A stretch of 63,948 nt of DNA, the filler included, from Octopus bimaculoides (taxonomy: Eukaryota): the NCBI RefSeq assembly GCF_001194135.2. It is 5 parts of 5 records of this genome, joined end to end, with 100 filler letters (N's around TTAATTAATTAA, not from the genome) between each part and the next. Parts side by side here need not be neighbours in the genome. Positions count along the whole stretch, not along the records: positions 62,941 to 63,948 come from NC_068997.1; 4 more parts are not named here. One strand, written 5' to 3'. A program made the position numbers and the translations under genes. Shown here piece by piece: positions 62,941 through 63,948 of this stretch. The notes under the pieces are model-generated. The model made no database searches. It saw only the letters and a program-made list of their open reading frames with translations, and was not told where the DNA came from. Each line of letters opens with the position of its first letter. Position 1 is the stretch's first letter.

Positions 62941-63897
62941 TATATATTTTTTTAATTTATTTTTTTTTTTTATGGGTGTGTGTATATGCATGAGTATATG
63001 TATATATATGAGTGTGCGTGTTTTAGTCTATATGCATTAGTATGTATGTATATTTTTAGGTGTATGTATATATGTTTACATATGTATTTATATAGGTTTA
63101 AGTATATATATGTGATTGTGTTTATATATGTTTGTGTATGTTGAGTGTATATTTGTATTTACATGTATGTATAAATATATGTATTTGTGAGTATAGATGT
63201 ATATTTATATATATTGTGTGTGTGAGTGAGTGTGTGAGTATAGTTTTGTTTTATAATATTCCTTATTTATTTATTTATTTGTGTGTATATATTTTTATAT
63301 ATATATTTATGAGTATTTTTGTGTATATGTATGTATATGTATATTCATGTATGTACTTATGTAAATGTGTATATATATGGGTATAAGTATATATGTGAGT
63401 GTGTGTGATTTGTCTATATAAATTAGTAAGTATATATATATATGTGTATGTATATATATTTATGTATATATATATATGTATATGTATATACATATTTTTC
63501 TGTGTATATATGTGTGTATATTTTGTGTGTTATGTTTTTCTAAATGAGTATTAGTGTATATTTATGTATTCTTTTATATATATATATTTATGTATGTATA
63601 TGAGTTTGTGTGTGTGTATATTGTATATATATATGTATATACATTTGAGTATACATATGTATATTTTTTGTGTGTATAAACTAGAGTATATATATCTGTG
63701 TATATATTTTTATATTTTTTTGTATATATGTATGTATATGTGTATATATATAATATGTAAATATTTGAGATTATGGGAGGGTGAGTGTGAGTGTGTATTT
63801 ATATATACTATTCTTTATTTATTTATGTGTGTATGAGTGTATTTGTATATATTTGTATGTTTAGGTAGGTACATGTGTGTATGTGTATATATATATT

Positions 63898-63940
<43 letters not shown>

Positions 63941-63948
63941 TATATATG
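62941..63948. repeat. Degenerate (TA)/(TG) compound low-complexity tract
   Basis: Direct reading. Similar tracts at 1-80, 27590-27685, 29780-29970, 31600-31780, 45780-46290, 46640-46930, 52800-53250 and 54260-54760; (TTTC)n at 1331-1403. Confidence 0.95.

Overview
AT-rich eukaryotic (animal) genomic DNA, dense in microsatellites, with many N gaps and four artificial TTAATTAATTAA scaffold linkers. The tRNA-derived SINE families resemble those of Octopus, so a cephalopod origin is likely (inference from recognition, not a database search). Almost all long ORFs in the supplied track are microsatellite or N-gap artefacts. The only convincing host coding sequence is two spliced + strand exons near the right end (61767-61904, 62628-62763), encoding the PH-domain C-terminus and Btk motif of a GAP1-family RasGAP most like RASA4/RASAL1. 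The rest is a transposon graveyard, probably intronic or intergenic. It contains a complete FLYWCH/Phantom-like Mutator element with TIRs and TSD, R4/Dong LINEs in (TAA)n tracts, an internally deleted Helitron, DD34D mariner and DD37D (maT-like) elements, RTE fragments, Penelope-like elements of two clades, and SINEs. The most notable RNA signals are several hammerhead-ribozyme motifs. One (39041-39110) has all catalytic residues but its three strands are in a non-circularly permuted order. A foldback element has two arms that together reconstruct a canonical type I hammerhead. No CRISPR, rRNA or intact tRNA genes were seen.
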